In this document: positions 36,228-45,825 of the stretch, one piece after another
How the letters are laid out: each line of letters begins with the position of its first letter
Numbering within the stretch: position 1 is the stretch's first letter
Position numbers and translations under genes: made by a program
NCBI GenBank assembly: GCA_002492335.1
Contig: DKYD01000104.1
Span: forward strand, 27,749-80,941
Source: Lachnospiraceae bacterium UBA7109
GTDB taxonomy: Bacteria > Bacillota > Clostridia > Lachnospirales > Lachnospiraceae
Reading direction: 5' to 3'
Length of the DNA stretch: 53,193 nt
The notes under the pieces: generated by a model
Database searches by the model: none
What the model was told of the DNA's origin: nothing
Seen by the model: the letters and a program-made list of their open reading frames with translations, nothing else

Positions 36228-39200
36228 CTATTCTCTCACCTGTAACAACTCTAACACCCTGTGTCTGGTCACTTCTATTGCCGCTGCAAATGCTCCGCAG
36301 AAATTTCCAAGGAAATACAGCATCCAGCACAAGGAAATGGTCTTTATACTTCTCATAAAAAGCCCCGGACTGAATATGGCAAGAATTCCCGCCACGAGAG
36401 CAATTCCAACAATACACAAAATAATCTGTTCAAATACAAGTATGCACCGGGTGCGTCTTTTTGTCACACCGAGAATCCGCAGAAATGCGGCTTCTTCGGC
36501 TAACTGCATGATAAGCAGCCACGGACCGAACAGACCAATCAGCACGGCTGCAGCCACAGCGATCGGGAACAACGACTCCAGCAGTTCACGAATGCGTGTT
36601 GCATTTTTCAAAACTTCCGAGTCAATATGAAAGTTCGCATTGTTTGAATACCTCATTCCTGCTTTTCTCAAGTCCTCCAGTAACCCCGTGACCTCCTTCA
36701 CGTTTTTATTATCTGCCAGCGTAAATTCACAGTATCCAACCGGAAATACCTGTCCATATAGTGTCTGCGCCGCATCATTGATCGATGTAAAAATACCCGT
36801 TCCTTTTTCATCCGCGGTCTCCAGGATTCCTACTACCTTATACGGTTTTCCTGCCCGTTCAATCGCCATCTCAAGCTTATCCGCCGTGTACACCTGCGGC
36901 ATAAACTGATATAGCATATCTGACATCAGCGTTATTTCGTCCCCTGCCTGAACGCCGAGTTTTTCCGCCAGTTTCTTTTCCACCAGACATACGCCGCCTG
37001 TACCTTTGAAGACGGAAGCATCATATCCTTCTGCATAGGTAATATGATAATCCTCTGTCAGATAACGCTCTAAATTATTTGTAAATGTGATGCCGCTGCG
37101 GGTTCCTATTCCATTCACACGCACATCCAGACAATTATAGTAGTAAATATCCTGAAGCAGCTTTGAATCTTCCAGTTTGCTGACAGAATCTGAAGTAAAC
37201 TCCACAGCTCTCCCCTTCACCTCAGCCTCGCGAACGGCGTCACGGTAGGTAAGCCTTGCCATTGTAAATGTTCCGATTCCGGCAGACAGTACGATTGTAA
37301 GAATCAGCGATACTGCCGTTTTCCCAGGACCTCTTAGCATATGGCGCAAAATATAAGCCATCCCGTGATGAAGTGCATGATAGCTTCTATGTGTCGGCAA
37401 AAAGGCCTGCGAACAAAGCTTTTCCATATCTATTCCGGCAGGAACCGGCGCTGTATCTGCAATATCCGAAATTTTCTCTGCATGCGCAGATTTACCTGCA
37501 AAAATCCCCGGAGTCCTTATTCCCACAACATGGTCTGCTCCCTTGTGAAGCAGTTCAAGCGGCGACAACCTCTTCATCTTCCAGAGGAAGCTCCACGCCA
37601 AAAGGAAGATAAATACCAGTTCAAACAACAGGCAAAGGACCACAACACCTGCCGGAAGCGAAGCATCCAGAATATAGGAGTAACCTTCAGGCGCCGCACT
37701 GTCTGACATACCCGCCAGTGTTTCTGCCACTGTATAAGACGCGTAGAATAATCCCGCAATGCCGCCTGCCGATATCGCAAATACAGATAAGGTCATCAGC
37801 GGCAGCACAATCGATCTGCCTGCCTTTTTGCCGGGAACTCCCAGTGTCCGCATGATCGCATAGACCTGTCCGTTTCTTCCAATATAGAGGTATACGGCAA
37901 GAAACAGTGCAAGTGCGGCTCCAAGCACATAGAGAATGGTTGTCAGAAGCGAAGTGAGCGTTCCTGTCTCAATACTATCTTTCATATTGGACCATCCCCC
38001 GTCTGAAAACCGGAGCGCCAGCCCCATTTCGGAAGCCTTTTTCTCTGCCGCATCCCGGAACTCTTCTATGTCGTCCGGGTCTTCTACAAAGACGCTGTAA
38101 TCTGCCATTGAGATTTCATAGTTATCCGGAACTGCAACCGGAAGAAGCGATTTGTTTACAAAAATCGTCCCCGGGCCATATCTCCACGGCCACTCGTTCA
38201 TCCGCTCTTCCACCGGATTATTGAACCGGTACACACCTACGATTTCAAGTTCTGCGGAAGTCTTAAAGTCTGACATCGTTTCTGCATCCCTGGGACGCGT
38301 CCCCATGGCGCTTCCATGGCGCTTCACCCTGTCCCCCAGCTTTATATGAATCGTATCCCCAAGCGACAGCCCATACGTTTCTATAAATGTCTCACTCACC
38401 ACGCAGCCTTCTGTATCCTTCACGGTCAGAGGCCGTCCCTGAGAGATAACCAGCTTCCGTTCATTCACATATGGGATCGCACGCATATCCGATACATACT
38501 CGACGTCATACGACATGATTCCCTGATTGATTGCTGCAATCGTTCCCTTGTACCAGGAAAATTCCTCTGTCTCCAGATAATCCGGTCCCAGCCCGTCCAG
38601 CTTTCGTATAATATCATAGGTATGTTCCCCGTCATCTCCGCCTCCTAAAGTAAAGGCCGTACCGGATCGTTCATAATAAAATCCACAGATCAGGTACCTG
38701 CTTCCCTTTTCCAGGGTATCGTAATACTCCCTCTTCTGCCTCACCTCATCAGCAATATTAAACGCTTTGCCGTCTTCAAACTGCACCTCTATCTTCATTG
38801 TCTTTACATCGTTATTTTCCCGGTTTTTTCCAAGACTTAAATCAAGATCGCCGGCATGTATTTTCACATCATCAAGTAACAAATATAATCTGGGCCACCT
38901 TGTATCCGCATCATATTCCTCATACCCGGTATAAGTACCTTCTACAATAAAATCATTTGTAAGAAAGGTACATTCCTGATCCAAAACGCGCTTATAATCC
39001 TCCACAAGCCCGTCTGTTGTATATCTGGTATCAGCCAGAGTAACTCCGGGCAGTGAAGAAAATTCCTCGAGCTGCTCATCGGTCGGCCAGGGTTTATCTT
39101 CCGGGGAAATATACATTTCCATATCGTATGCCAGGATTTCCGGCACACTGCAGTCAAGCGCCGCAACACCATAATAGAAGCTCTGCGCCCTTGCTGATTC

Positions 39201-39329
39201 CCTTGTGGTAACTGCATAATCCGTCACCCTGAAAAATAAGGCAAACGAAGCCGCAGCAATCAAAAGGAAAGTTAACATCATTTTGACCGGATCCCGCAAA
39301 AGCGACTTGAAAGCAATCGATCTCCTCAT
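36228..39329 (-). CDS. large FtsX-family ABC transporter permease (two FtsX/MacB-type membrane modules with large extracytoplasmic domains)
   Basis: 1033 aa with an N-terminal TM and two clusters of hydrophobic helices (mid-protein and C-terminal). Adjacent to a MacB-type ATPase. Confidence 0.85.
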   Translation of the reverse strand: MRRSIAFKSLLRDPVKMMLTFLLIAAASFALFFRVTDYAVTTRESARAQSFYYGVAALDCSVPEILAYDMEMYISPEDKPWPTDEQLEEFSSLPGVTLADTRYTTDGLVEDYKRVLDQECTFLTNDFIVEGTYTGYEEYDADTRWPRLYLLLDDVKIHAGDLDLSLGKNRENNDVKTMKIEVQFEDGKAFNIADEVRQKREYYDTLEKGSRYLICGFYYERSGTAFTLGGGDDGEHTYDIIRKLDGLGPDYLETEEFSWYKGTIAAINQGIMSYDVEYVSDMRAIPYVNERKLVISQGRPLTVKDTEGCVVSETFIETYGLSLGDTIHIKLGDRVKRHGSAMGTRPRDAETMSDFKTSAELEIVGVYRFNNPVEERMNEWPWRYGPGTIFVNKSLLPVAVPDNYEISMADYSVFVEDPDDIEEFRDAAEKKASEMGLALRFSDGGWSNMKDSIETGTLTSLLTTILYVLGAALALFLAVYLYIGRNGQVYAIMRTLGVPGKKAGRSIVLPLMTLSVFAISAGGIAGLFYASYTVAETLAGMSDSAAPEGYSYILDASLPAGVVVLCLLFELVFIFLLAWSFLWKMKRLSPLELLHKGADHVVGIRTPGIFAGKSAHAEKISDIADTAPVPAGIDMEKLCSQAFLPTHRSYHALHHGMAYILRHMLRGPGKTAVSLILTIVLSAGIGTFTMARLTYRDAVREAEVKGRAVEFTSDSVSKLEDSKLLQDIYYYNCLDVRVNGIGTRSGITFTNNLERYLTEDYHITYAEGYDASVFKGTGGVCLVEKKLAEKLGVQAGDEITLMSDMLYQFMPQVYTADKLEMAIERAGKPYKVVGILETADEKGTGIFTSINDAAQTLYGQVFPVGYCEFTLADNKNVKEVTGLLEDLRKAGMRYSNNANFHIDSEVLKNATRIRELLESLFPIAVAAAVLIGLFGPWLLIMQLAEEAAFLRILGVTKRRTRCILVFEQIILCIVGIALVAGILAIFSPGLFMRSIKTISLCWMLYFLGNFCGAFAAAIEVTRHRVLELLQVRE

Positions 39330-39370
39330 AAATTTCTACCTCCTGTCATTCTAAATTTTCCCAACATCTC

Positions 39371-40456
39371 CTACTCATTAAAATAAACATAATAGGTGTC
39401 ATCACTGTGTTTTATATGATAAGCATTATCAGCTCCTGTCTTTGATGCATCCTCCCCCATCGTACCATGATTTTCCGCCGCTTCGTAATCCGGCTGGATT
39501 ACAAACGAATAAGAAAGAAACAAAAACAGCCCAAACACCAGGAAGCATACACCCGAGAATACTTTTCCCTTTCTTTTGCATATATTTCCTGCTGAAACAA
39601 TCCGGAAACGCTCCACAACTTCGGACTGCGAATTTCTCGTAACGAAGGCCGTCGCCCCGCAAAATAATTTTTCCTGTCTTTTCGCTTCTGCATTTTTCAG
39701 CATCCTGACAATCGTAGTCAGATATTCCGCCCTGTCTCTGCTTCCAAGCTTGTCTGTCACATCCAGGTCACATTTGATCTCCAAAATCTGGGATAAATCT
39801 CTTTTCAGCAGATACACCACCGGATTCCACCAGAAAACACATCCATAAATATGTATAAAAATCTTAATGATCAGATCCCGGTTCTGAAAATGTGTATATT
39901 CATGACGAAGAATATAATACAATTCTGAATCGCTGTATGTCTCTTCCGGAAGAATAATTGATTTCCGGAAAATACCGACCCCCATCGGAATTACAACATG
40001 ACTGCTGCGTCGGACCGTAACCGACAGCTCTCTTCTGCTTTTATTCAATACACGGTTATAAACCCGCCTGCATTGCTCGTCCTCACATACAACATAGGAT
40101 TCCACTTCCTTCAAGGCTTTCCGATACCGGAGAATAAACCGTATTAACAGCGCCACAGACACCGTCAGCCAGACGGCAGCCAGAACAGCCACAGACGATA
40201 TCTGTGCCGCCCCTGTTTTGCCGGCAGAGGACTCTTTGTAAAAATAATTCAAAGCCCCACTGGGAGGAATCACTCTGGTAAAGGAAAACTTATAAGGAAT
40301 CACCATCCGGAGTACGGAAGCCAGATATAAAAATAATATATTTGTAATTCCTATCTGTCTGATAAAAAATTGTTTTTTCCGGCAGAGATAATTAAATACC
40401 ACCACTATACTGCTGCATATCACTGACATTAATAAAGAAAAAATTGTAATCTGCAT
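39371..40456 (-). CDS. M56-family (BlaR1/MecR1-like) membrane metalloprotease, no penicillin-binding sensor domain
   Basis: Zinc motif RHEYTHFQNRD, multi-TM, and only a short C-terminal extracytoplasmic tail. Confidence 0.85.
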   Translation of the reverse strand: MQITIFSLLMSVICSSIVVVFNYLCRKKQFFIRQIGITNILFLYLASVLRMVIPYKFSFTRVIPPSGALNYFYKESSAGKTGAAQISSVAVLAAVWLTVSVALLIRFILRYRKALKEVESYVVCEDEQCRRVYNRVLNKSRRELSVTVRRSSHVVIPMGVGIFRKSIILPEETYSDSELYYILRHEYTHFQNRDLIIKIFIHIYGCVFWWNPVVYLLKRDLSQILEIKCDLDVTDKLGSRDRAEYLTTIVRMLKNAEAKRQEKLFCGATAFVTRNSQSEVVERFRIVSAGNICKRKGKVFSGVCFLVFGLFLFLSYSFVIQPDYEAAENHGTMGEDASKTGADNAYHIKHSDDTYYVYFNE

Positions 40457-40461
40457 ACTTA

Positions 40462-40887
40462 TTACTCCTTTAATTCTTTACTCTTTAGCTCTTCTATAAT
40501 TTCCTCTAACTGCTCCACCAGCGCGTCACTGTCCTGTTCGCCGGCCTCATTCACCATCGCTACCGTTACTGCGGCAATCTCACTGCTCCCTATCCCCTTC
40601 GACATAACAAGCTTTGCCGCATACTGCTCTCTCGTAACTGCCGGAGTGAACTGCCTTGCGTACTGCGTGCCGCACTGCACGGTACCACATACCTTTATCA
40701 TTCCCTTTTTAAGCAGCGAGCGCAGCATGATATGTACATAGTTTCCATTCCAGGATCGGTCCGCAGAAATGTCCAGGATTTCTACACTTGTCAAAGGTTC
40801 CTTACATTCCCAGAATATTTCCATTAAGTCTTCTTCACTGTTTGTTAAATACTTTGATTTTTTAGATATCATAATTGTTTTCTCCAC
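40462..40887 (-). CDS. BlaI/MecI/CopY-family transcriptional repressor
   Basis: N-terminal winged helix (LT.SEEDLMEIFWE...LTS.EI...), about 140 aa, immediately upstream of the M56 protein. Confidence 0.85.
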   Translation of the reverse strand: MEKTIMISKKSKYLTNSEEDLMEIFWECKEPLTSVEILDISADRSWNGNYVHIMLRSLLKKGMIKVCGTVQCGTQYARQFTPAVTREQYAAKLVMSKGIGSSEIAAVTVAMVNEAGEQDSDALVEQLEEIIEELKSKELKE

Positions 40888-40927
40888 ATTTTTAATATTT
40901 ACTACTAATATTTTTTTTTACTCTTAA

Positions 40928-40956
40928 AGTATAGTATAGAAATGTATGACTGTCAA
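40928..40956 (-). promoter_or_regulatory. sigma-A promoter of the blaI-like operon (TTGACA-N17-TATACT)
   Basis: Read directly on the minus strand about 40 nt upstream of the repressor gene. Confidence 0.55.
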
Positions 40957-40984
40957 CAAAAAATCAACGTCTTAAAAATTGTAT

Positions 40985-41017
40985 ATAAAAAATCCGGGCA
41001 AAAAATCTGCCCGGATT
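40985..41017 (-). terminator. rho-independent terminator (ends the csbB-yfhO-small ORF unit)
   Basis: Minus strand: AATCCGGGCA-N7-TGCCCGGATT followed by TTTTTTA. Confidence 0.7.
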
Positions 41018-41068
41018 CTTTAAGGCCTTTACACAAGTCTTTCGTATATTTTTTCAATGCTTCTGCAG

Positions 41069-41245
41069 CTATTCTCCACCCGGACCGTCTTTTCTCGGTC
41101 TGGATGATTCCGGAAGCGGTTCTGTCAGAGTAACTGCATTACTCTGGGAATCTCTGTGCGGATTTTGCTGTTCCCGTTCTTTCTGCCCACTCTTCTTTCC
41201 GGCACGCAGGGCGTCCGGGAATAAATCTGTCTTTATTTCGCCCAT
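41069..41245 (-). CDS. hypothetical small hydrophilic protein (58 aa: MGEIKTDLFPDALRAGKKSGQKEREQQNPHRDSQSNAVTLTEPLPESSRPRKDGPGGE)
   Basis: Hand translation; below the track's size cutoff. AGGAGGAAAG RBS about 10 nt upstream and a terminator about 50 nt downstream. No recognisable family. Confidence 0.4.
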   Translation of the reverse strand: MGEIKTDLFPDALRAGKKSGQKEREQQNPHRDSQSNAVTLTEPLPESSRPRKDGPGGE

Positions 41246-41319
41246 AGCATACTTTCCTCCTGATATAAATCATTAATAGATAGTATGTCCATGGCCTCTG
41301 GAAATATTCGTAATTGTAT

Positions 41320-43929
41320 TTATTCTCTGCAGCCACGATTTCTCTCTTTCCCATGCCATAACATCCCGGCAAATATCACGATCCCGACAAGCGACAGCCA
41401 TTTCCCAGGCCCGGCGCCCGGTGCATGATACCTGATTTCTACCTGATGTCCTCCTGCTTCTATTTCTGCTCCAAGAAATGCTGTGTTCACCTTTTCTTTC
41501 CGTACTTCCTTTCCATCTATACATACAACAAAATGCTTATCATACGGAATTGATGTAATAAAATGCCCCCGTTGTTTTACATAAATTTTTCCTGCAATGA
41601 CATTTCCTTTTGTCTTCTCCTTATCCACCTGAAATTCCGACTGACAGAAAACAGAATCCGGAAGCTCTGCAAGAAAACTTTTTACATTTGACAGCTCATA
41701 TTTGCCCTTTCCAAATTTGATTTCAATCTGCTCCTGACCGGCTTTCAAGGGCACTGCATAGGTAAAGGTCGTATTATCGTTATAATAAAAATGATTTTTA
41801 CAAGCCAGTTTATTGCGAATCCCCTCCACCCAGACCGCAATATCCCGGGACGGCTTTTGATTTTCCACATCAAACTGCAGAAACAACACCCTGCTGCCGT
41901 CTGTCGCTTTGTGCTGTATCTCCGGCTGTTCTTCGCTTCCCATACGGGGAATTTTTATTTTACAGCTTTTATTTTCACGAGAATCGATTTCCGCCGGAAG
42001 CCCTATCTTCACCGGATCCACCCGGCTGTTCCCGGGCACACCCCTTTCATCCGTCTCATGATCTGTCACCGAAGCTTCAAGCAGTACAAGCTGATTATAA
42101 GGAAATGGCAGTTTCTTATACTCCTCTTCGGATATCGTCCGGTTTGACGCATAGGCAATTGGCAGAGCATTTTCCTGTACATACATCGTGTCACCGGAAA
42201 AAATGTATTTTATTCCCATGAATCTCTGATATACCGGATTCTGTACCGGAGACTGCATAAGAAAATTACGGAAGGGCTGTTCAAGCTGAAAGGTACTCCT
42301 TCGAAATTCTAAGTATTCTTTATTATAAGAGGACGAATATATAGATGACACATATTGTCCCGTATCATGAATACGATTTAAATTTGCGGCATTTTCGTCA
42401 TCCGTTCCCAACTGCTCTATCCGGTAAAATCCATCTTCCCTGTCAGCAATTTGTTTGATTTCGTTCTCGATACCCGAATCCGTTACTGTTTTATAAAATC
42501 CCGGATCCTCCGCCCGGTCCGCTTCTGTATTCATTACATAGCCATATCCCGACAGAAATATAACCGGAGGAATTAGCAGAAAAACGGCCTTTTTATGCAA
42601 AATCCGAAAGTATTTTATTTCTATAGAAGCATGAAATATAATATAACCTGCCGTCATTAACAGGCCATCGAGAAAAATGAGTCTCCACCAGCGTCCTGCG
42701 TCCCCCTGATTCCGCCCGGCATAGATAAGCGCCAGTGTTGCTATGTATGGCAACAGCTTCACTCCTGCACGCATCCATCCCCGGGCTCCAAAAACCCCCT
42801 GTCTTGCTTCTCCCCTCTCCATATCGCGCAGGTAATATGCAAGAATATAACAAAGCAACGGCAAAAAAGGAATCATCACCTTATCCCGGATATACAATCC
42901 TCCATTCAGAAGATATACGAACACCGGAACTGTCAGAAGAATCAGGCATCCCCACGCCAACACTCTCTCATGAAGCTTCCTGAAAAACAACATGGCGATG
43001 AGAGCCGTAACTGCAAGGGTCGTAAGCCCTATTCCATAAGGTGAATAGAAAAATTCATCCAGGGAAAACCGGGGTACAAAAAGTGTACTTATATCGGACT
43101 TTGCACCCGCGCCTCCTCTTCCGGTCAAAGCCATTGCTGTCGGGACAAGCAGAAAAGCGCTCATCAGCACTGCTGTAATAAAAGGAATGGAAAACCGCAC
43201 TCCCTCCTTCAAAAAATTCGTAATTCTTTTTCCCAGAGTTTCTTTTTGACTCGTCTCTTCACATATTTCCAGATAACGGTGGATCCCGTACAAGATCAAA
43301 ACAAGCATCCCGCCAATACTAAAATAAAAACTGGTCATAATCATCAGAAAAACACTAACCGTAAGAAGCCCTCTGTGTCTTTCAAAATAACGGTCCACAC
43401 CAAGAAAACCCAGACACAAAAAGGGCATATAATTTACAAACATAATCTGATTGTAAGAATGATAGATCATTGGCCCCGCAAGAAGAAACAGAAGCGCTGT
43501 TCCAAAAGACAGACTTTTTAAAAATCCTCTTTTCACGAGCCAGTAATACAACAGCAGAACAGAGGCTGCAAGGCACAAAAACTGCGCCGCCATCATATAA
43601 TCAGACATTTTCACAAAAGGAAACAGATACGACAGCAGGACAACCGGACTATACAGCCCATAATATGCAAAGTTGTAAATATTCTGTCCTCCCCCGATAT
43701 GAAATGCAAATTCCGGGAAAAACTCCCCCGTCTCATAGAACAGCCTCCGAAAATAATCCGGCAGCACACTGTGCTGGCTGATCCAGTCCACCTTAGAACC
43801 AAATATCCTATGGTCAGGAATAAACACCCGGCAGAAGAAAATCGTAAACATGATTAAAACAAAATAAGGAAAATATCTTTGATATTTACAGAGAAACTTT
43901 TTCATATCATTTCCCTTCCTCATCTTCAC
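41320..43929 (-). CDS. yfhO: YfhO-family polytopic membrane protein (putative glycosyl-transfer/flippase partner of CsbB)
   Basis: 869 aa with about 13 TM helices in the N-terminal two-thirds and a large C-terminal extracytoplasmic domain. Overlaps the upstream GT2 gene, as in B. subtilis csbB-yfhO. Confidence 0.8.
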   Translation of the reverse strand: MKMRKGNDMKKFLCKYQRYFPYFVLIMFTIFFCRVFIPDHRIFGSKVDWISQHSVLPDYFRRLFYETGEFFPEFAFHIGGGQNIYNFAYYGLYSPVVLLSYLFPFVKMSDYMMAAQFLCLAASVLLLYYWLVKRGFLKSLSFGTALLFLLAGPMIYHSYNQIMFVNYMPFLCLGFLGVDRYFERHRGLLTVSVFLMIMTSFYFSIGGMLVLILYGIHRYLEICEETSQKETLGKRITNFLKEGVRFSIPFITAVLMSAFLLVPTAMALTGRGGAGAKSDISTLFVPRFSLDEFFYSPYGIGLTTLAVTALIAMLFFRKLHERVLAWGCLILLTVPVFVYLLNGGLYIRDKVMIPFLPLLCYILAYYLRDMERGEARQGVFGARGWMRAGVKLLPYIATLALIYAGRNQGDAGRWWRLIFLDGLLMTAGYIIFHASIEIKYFRILHKKAVFLLIPPVIFLSGYGYVMNTEADRAEDPGFYKTVTDSGIENEIKQIADREDGFYRIEQLGTDDENAANLNRIHDTGQYVSSIYSSSYNKEYLEFRRSTFQLEQPFRNFLMQSPVQNPVYQRFMGIKYIFSGDTMYVQENALPIAYASNRTISEEEYKKLPFPYNQLVLLEASVTDHETDERGVPGNSRVDPVKIGLPAEIDSRENKSCKIKIPRMGSEEQPEIQHKATDGSRVLFLQFDVENQKPSRDIAVWVEGIRNKLACKNHFYYNDNTTFTYAVPLKAGQEQIEIKFGKGKYELSNVKSFLAELPDSVFCQSEFQVDKEKTKGNVIAGKIYVKQRGHFITSIPYDKHFVVCIDGKEVRKEKVNTAFLGAEIEAGGHQVEIRYHAPGAGPGKWLSLVGIVIFAGMLWHGKERNRGCRE

Positions 43930-44851
43930 TGGAATCTTTCAGTATAAAGATTGGCCTGTGTTTTGTCTCAAGGTAAGTTTTGGACAAATATTGTCCTACT
44001 ATGCCTGTACAAAAGAGCTGGATACCACTCACAAAAAATATAATACATACCAGAGACGGCCATCCGGATACCGGGTCTCCCCAGATGAGCTTCCGGACGA
44101 TAACAAAGAGAATAATAAAAAATGCAAGCAGGCAAAACCCGACGCCGACAACAGCCGCAAGAGACAAAGGCGCTACGGAGAAACCGGTAATTCCTTCCAG
44201 CGAATATAGAAATAATTTCTTCACCGACCATTTTGTCTGACCTGCCGAACGCTCTATATTCTGAAACTCCAGCCATTTTGTCCGAAAGCCTACCCACTCG
44301 AAAATCCCCTTCGAAAAACGGTTATACTCACTCATTTCCAGCACTGCATTTACCATTTTCCGCTTCATAAGCCGATAATCCCTGGCTCCGTTCACAATCT
44401 CTGTCTTCGATATCCGGTTTATAAACTTATAAAAATTTTCAGACAGAAAGGAACGCAGCTTTGGTTCTCCGGCTCTGGTGGAACGTCTCGTTGCCACGCT
44501 GTCATAATCTTCCTCCGTCAAAAGTCTGTACATTTCCGGCAAAAGTCCCGGAGGATCCTGCATATCCACATCCATAGTTGCCACATAATCCCCGGCCGCA
44601 TTCTGGAGACCTGCATAAATAGCCGCTTCCTTCCCAAAGTTTCTGGAAAAAGAAAAATATTCACACCTGGCATCTGTTTCATGAAATCCCTTTAAGATTT
44701 CAAGTGTCCGGTCTGAAGAACCGTCATCTATAAATAAAAGCTCAAATTCCACCTCCGGCATCTGCTTCATAATCTTACACATTTCCCGGTAATATACAGG
44801 AAGTGCCTCCTCCTCATTAAAGCAGGGAACTACAACACTTATTTTGTTCAT
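43907..44851 (-). CDS. csbB: family-2 glycosyltransferase (CsbB/GtrB-like undecaprenyl-phosphate glycosyltransferase)
   Basis: VVVPCFNEEE, FIDDGSSDRT, a DxD (MDVDMQDPP) and two C-terminal TM helices. Confidence 0.85.
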   Translation of the reverse strand: MNKISVVVPCFNEEEALPVYYREMCKIMKQMPEVEFELLFIDDGSSDRTLEILKGFHETDARCEYFSFSRNFGKEAAIYAGLQNAAGDYVATMDVDMQDPPGLLPEMYRLLTEEDYDSVATRRSTRAGEPKLRSFLSENFYKFINRISKTEIVNGARDYRLMKRKMVNAVLEMSEYNRFSKGIFEWVGFRTKWLEFQNIERSAGQTKWSVKKLFLYSLEGITGFSVAPLSLAAVVGVGFCLLAFFIILFVIVRKLIWGDPVSGWPSLVCIIFFVSGIQLFCTGIVGQYLSKTYLETKHRPIFILKDSSEDEEGK

Positions 44852-44916
44852 CTGTCACACCTCCGCTTTGCCCTTTCTGTCTATTTTTTCCTTTGTATCC
44901 ATATTTTAATCGACAG

Positions 44917-44949
44917 TTCTTAAGAAACCGGCTAATTAATTCTTAAGAA
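44917..44949. promoter_or_regulatory. two copies of the 10-bp palindrome TTCTTAAGAA, 23 bp apart, in the divergent csbB / response-regulator intergenic region
   Basis: Read directly at 44917-44926 and 44940-44949. A TATAAT for the plus-strand TCS lies about 25 bp downstream. Confidence 0.4.
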
Positions 44950-45090
44950 TTATTAACATATCCTTATCTTTTCTAAAAATACGTTATAATATGAGATAAA
45001 GGAAAACAGACACAAAACGGAGCTCATTTATTGGGCCGCTCACAAGATAATAACCGAAACTAACGGATAGCGAAAGGAACCATTCCATAA

Positions 45091-45825
45091 ATGACAGAAC
45101 ATTCACACATCCTTATTGTCGATGACAATCAGGAAATCCGGGAAATTATACGCATATTACTGGAAGGAGAAAGTTTTCTTATTACAGAAGCCGGAAACGG
45201 CCGGGAAGCATTAGAAATAATAAAAGTCGAACATTTTGACTTAATTATCCTTGATGTCATGATGCCGGGGCTGAACGGATACCAGACCTGTCTGGAAATA
45301 AGAAAAGCAAGCAACGCACCCATTCTTTTTTTAACCGCCCGTACAAAAGACAGTGACAAAACTCTGGGATTTTCCAGCGGAGGGGACGACTATCTGAGCA
45401 AACCCTTCTCTTATAATGAATTAATCAGCCGAAGCAAGGCGCTGATTCGAAGATATCAGATCTATAAGGGGAAAGATAATGCCGAAGCCAAAAACTCTGA
45501 AAACAGTATGCATATTCCTCTCAGGGGAAAGTTTCGCTATCATCATCTGGAAATTGACGAAGCTCAGGAAATTGTCCGAATAAATGAGAAAGCTCTCGAT
45601 CTCACCTATATCGAATATACCATACTTCTTCTCCTGATAAAAAACCGCCGGCAGATTTTCTCCACCCAGCGGCTCTATGAAGCAGTATGGGGCGAACCTT
45701 ACTATTACGGTGCAAACAACACGGTAACCGTCCACATCCGCAACTTGCGCCTGAAAATAGAAGAAGACCCAAAAAATCCTGTCATTATAAAAACTGTCTG
45801 GGGAAAGGGGTACCGCTGTGATTAA
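45091..45825 (+). CDS. OmpR-family response regulator
   Basis: Receiver domain (ILIVDDN...DLIILDVMMPGLNG) and a C-terminal winged helix (..TVWGKGYRC). Confidence 0.92.
   Translation: MTEHSHILIVDDNQEIREIIRILLEGESFLITEAGNGREALEIIKVEHFDLIILDVMMPGLNGYQTCLEIRKASNAPILFLTARTKDSDKTLGFSSGGDDYLSKPFSYNELISRSKALIRRYQIYKGKDNAEAKNSENSMHIPLRGKFRYHHLEIDEAQEIVRINEKALDLTYIEYTILLLLIKNRRQIFSTQRLYEAVWGEPYYYGANNTVTVHIRNLRLKIEEDPKNPVIIKTVWGKGYRCD

Noticed and set aside
41139-41524. Track ORFs of 77 and 83 aa on the minus strand downstream of and overlapping the yfhO 3' end.
   Set aside because: They lack RBSs and overlap yfhO or each other. The only RBS-supported frame in this gap is the 58-aa ORF at 41069-41245.
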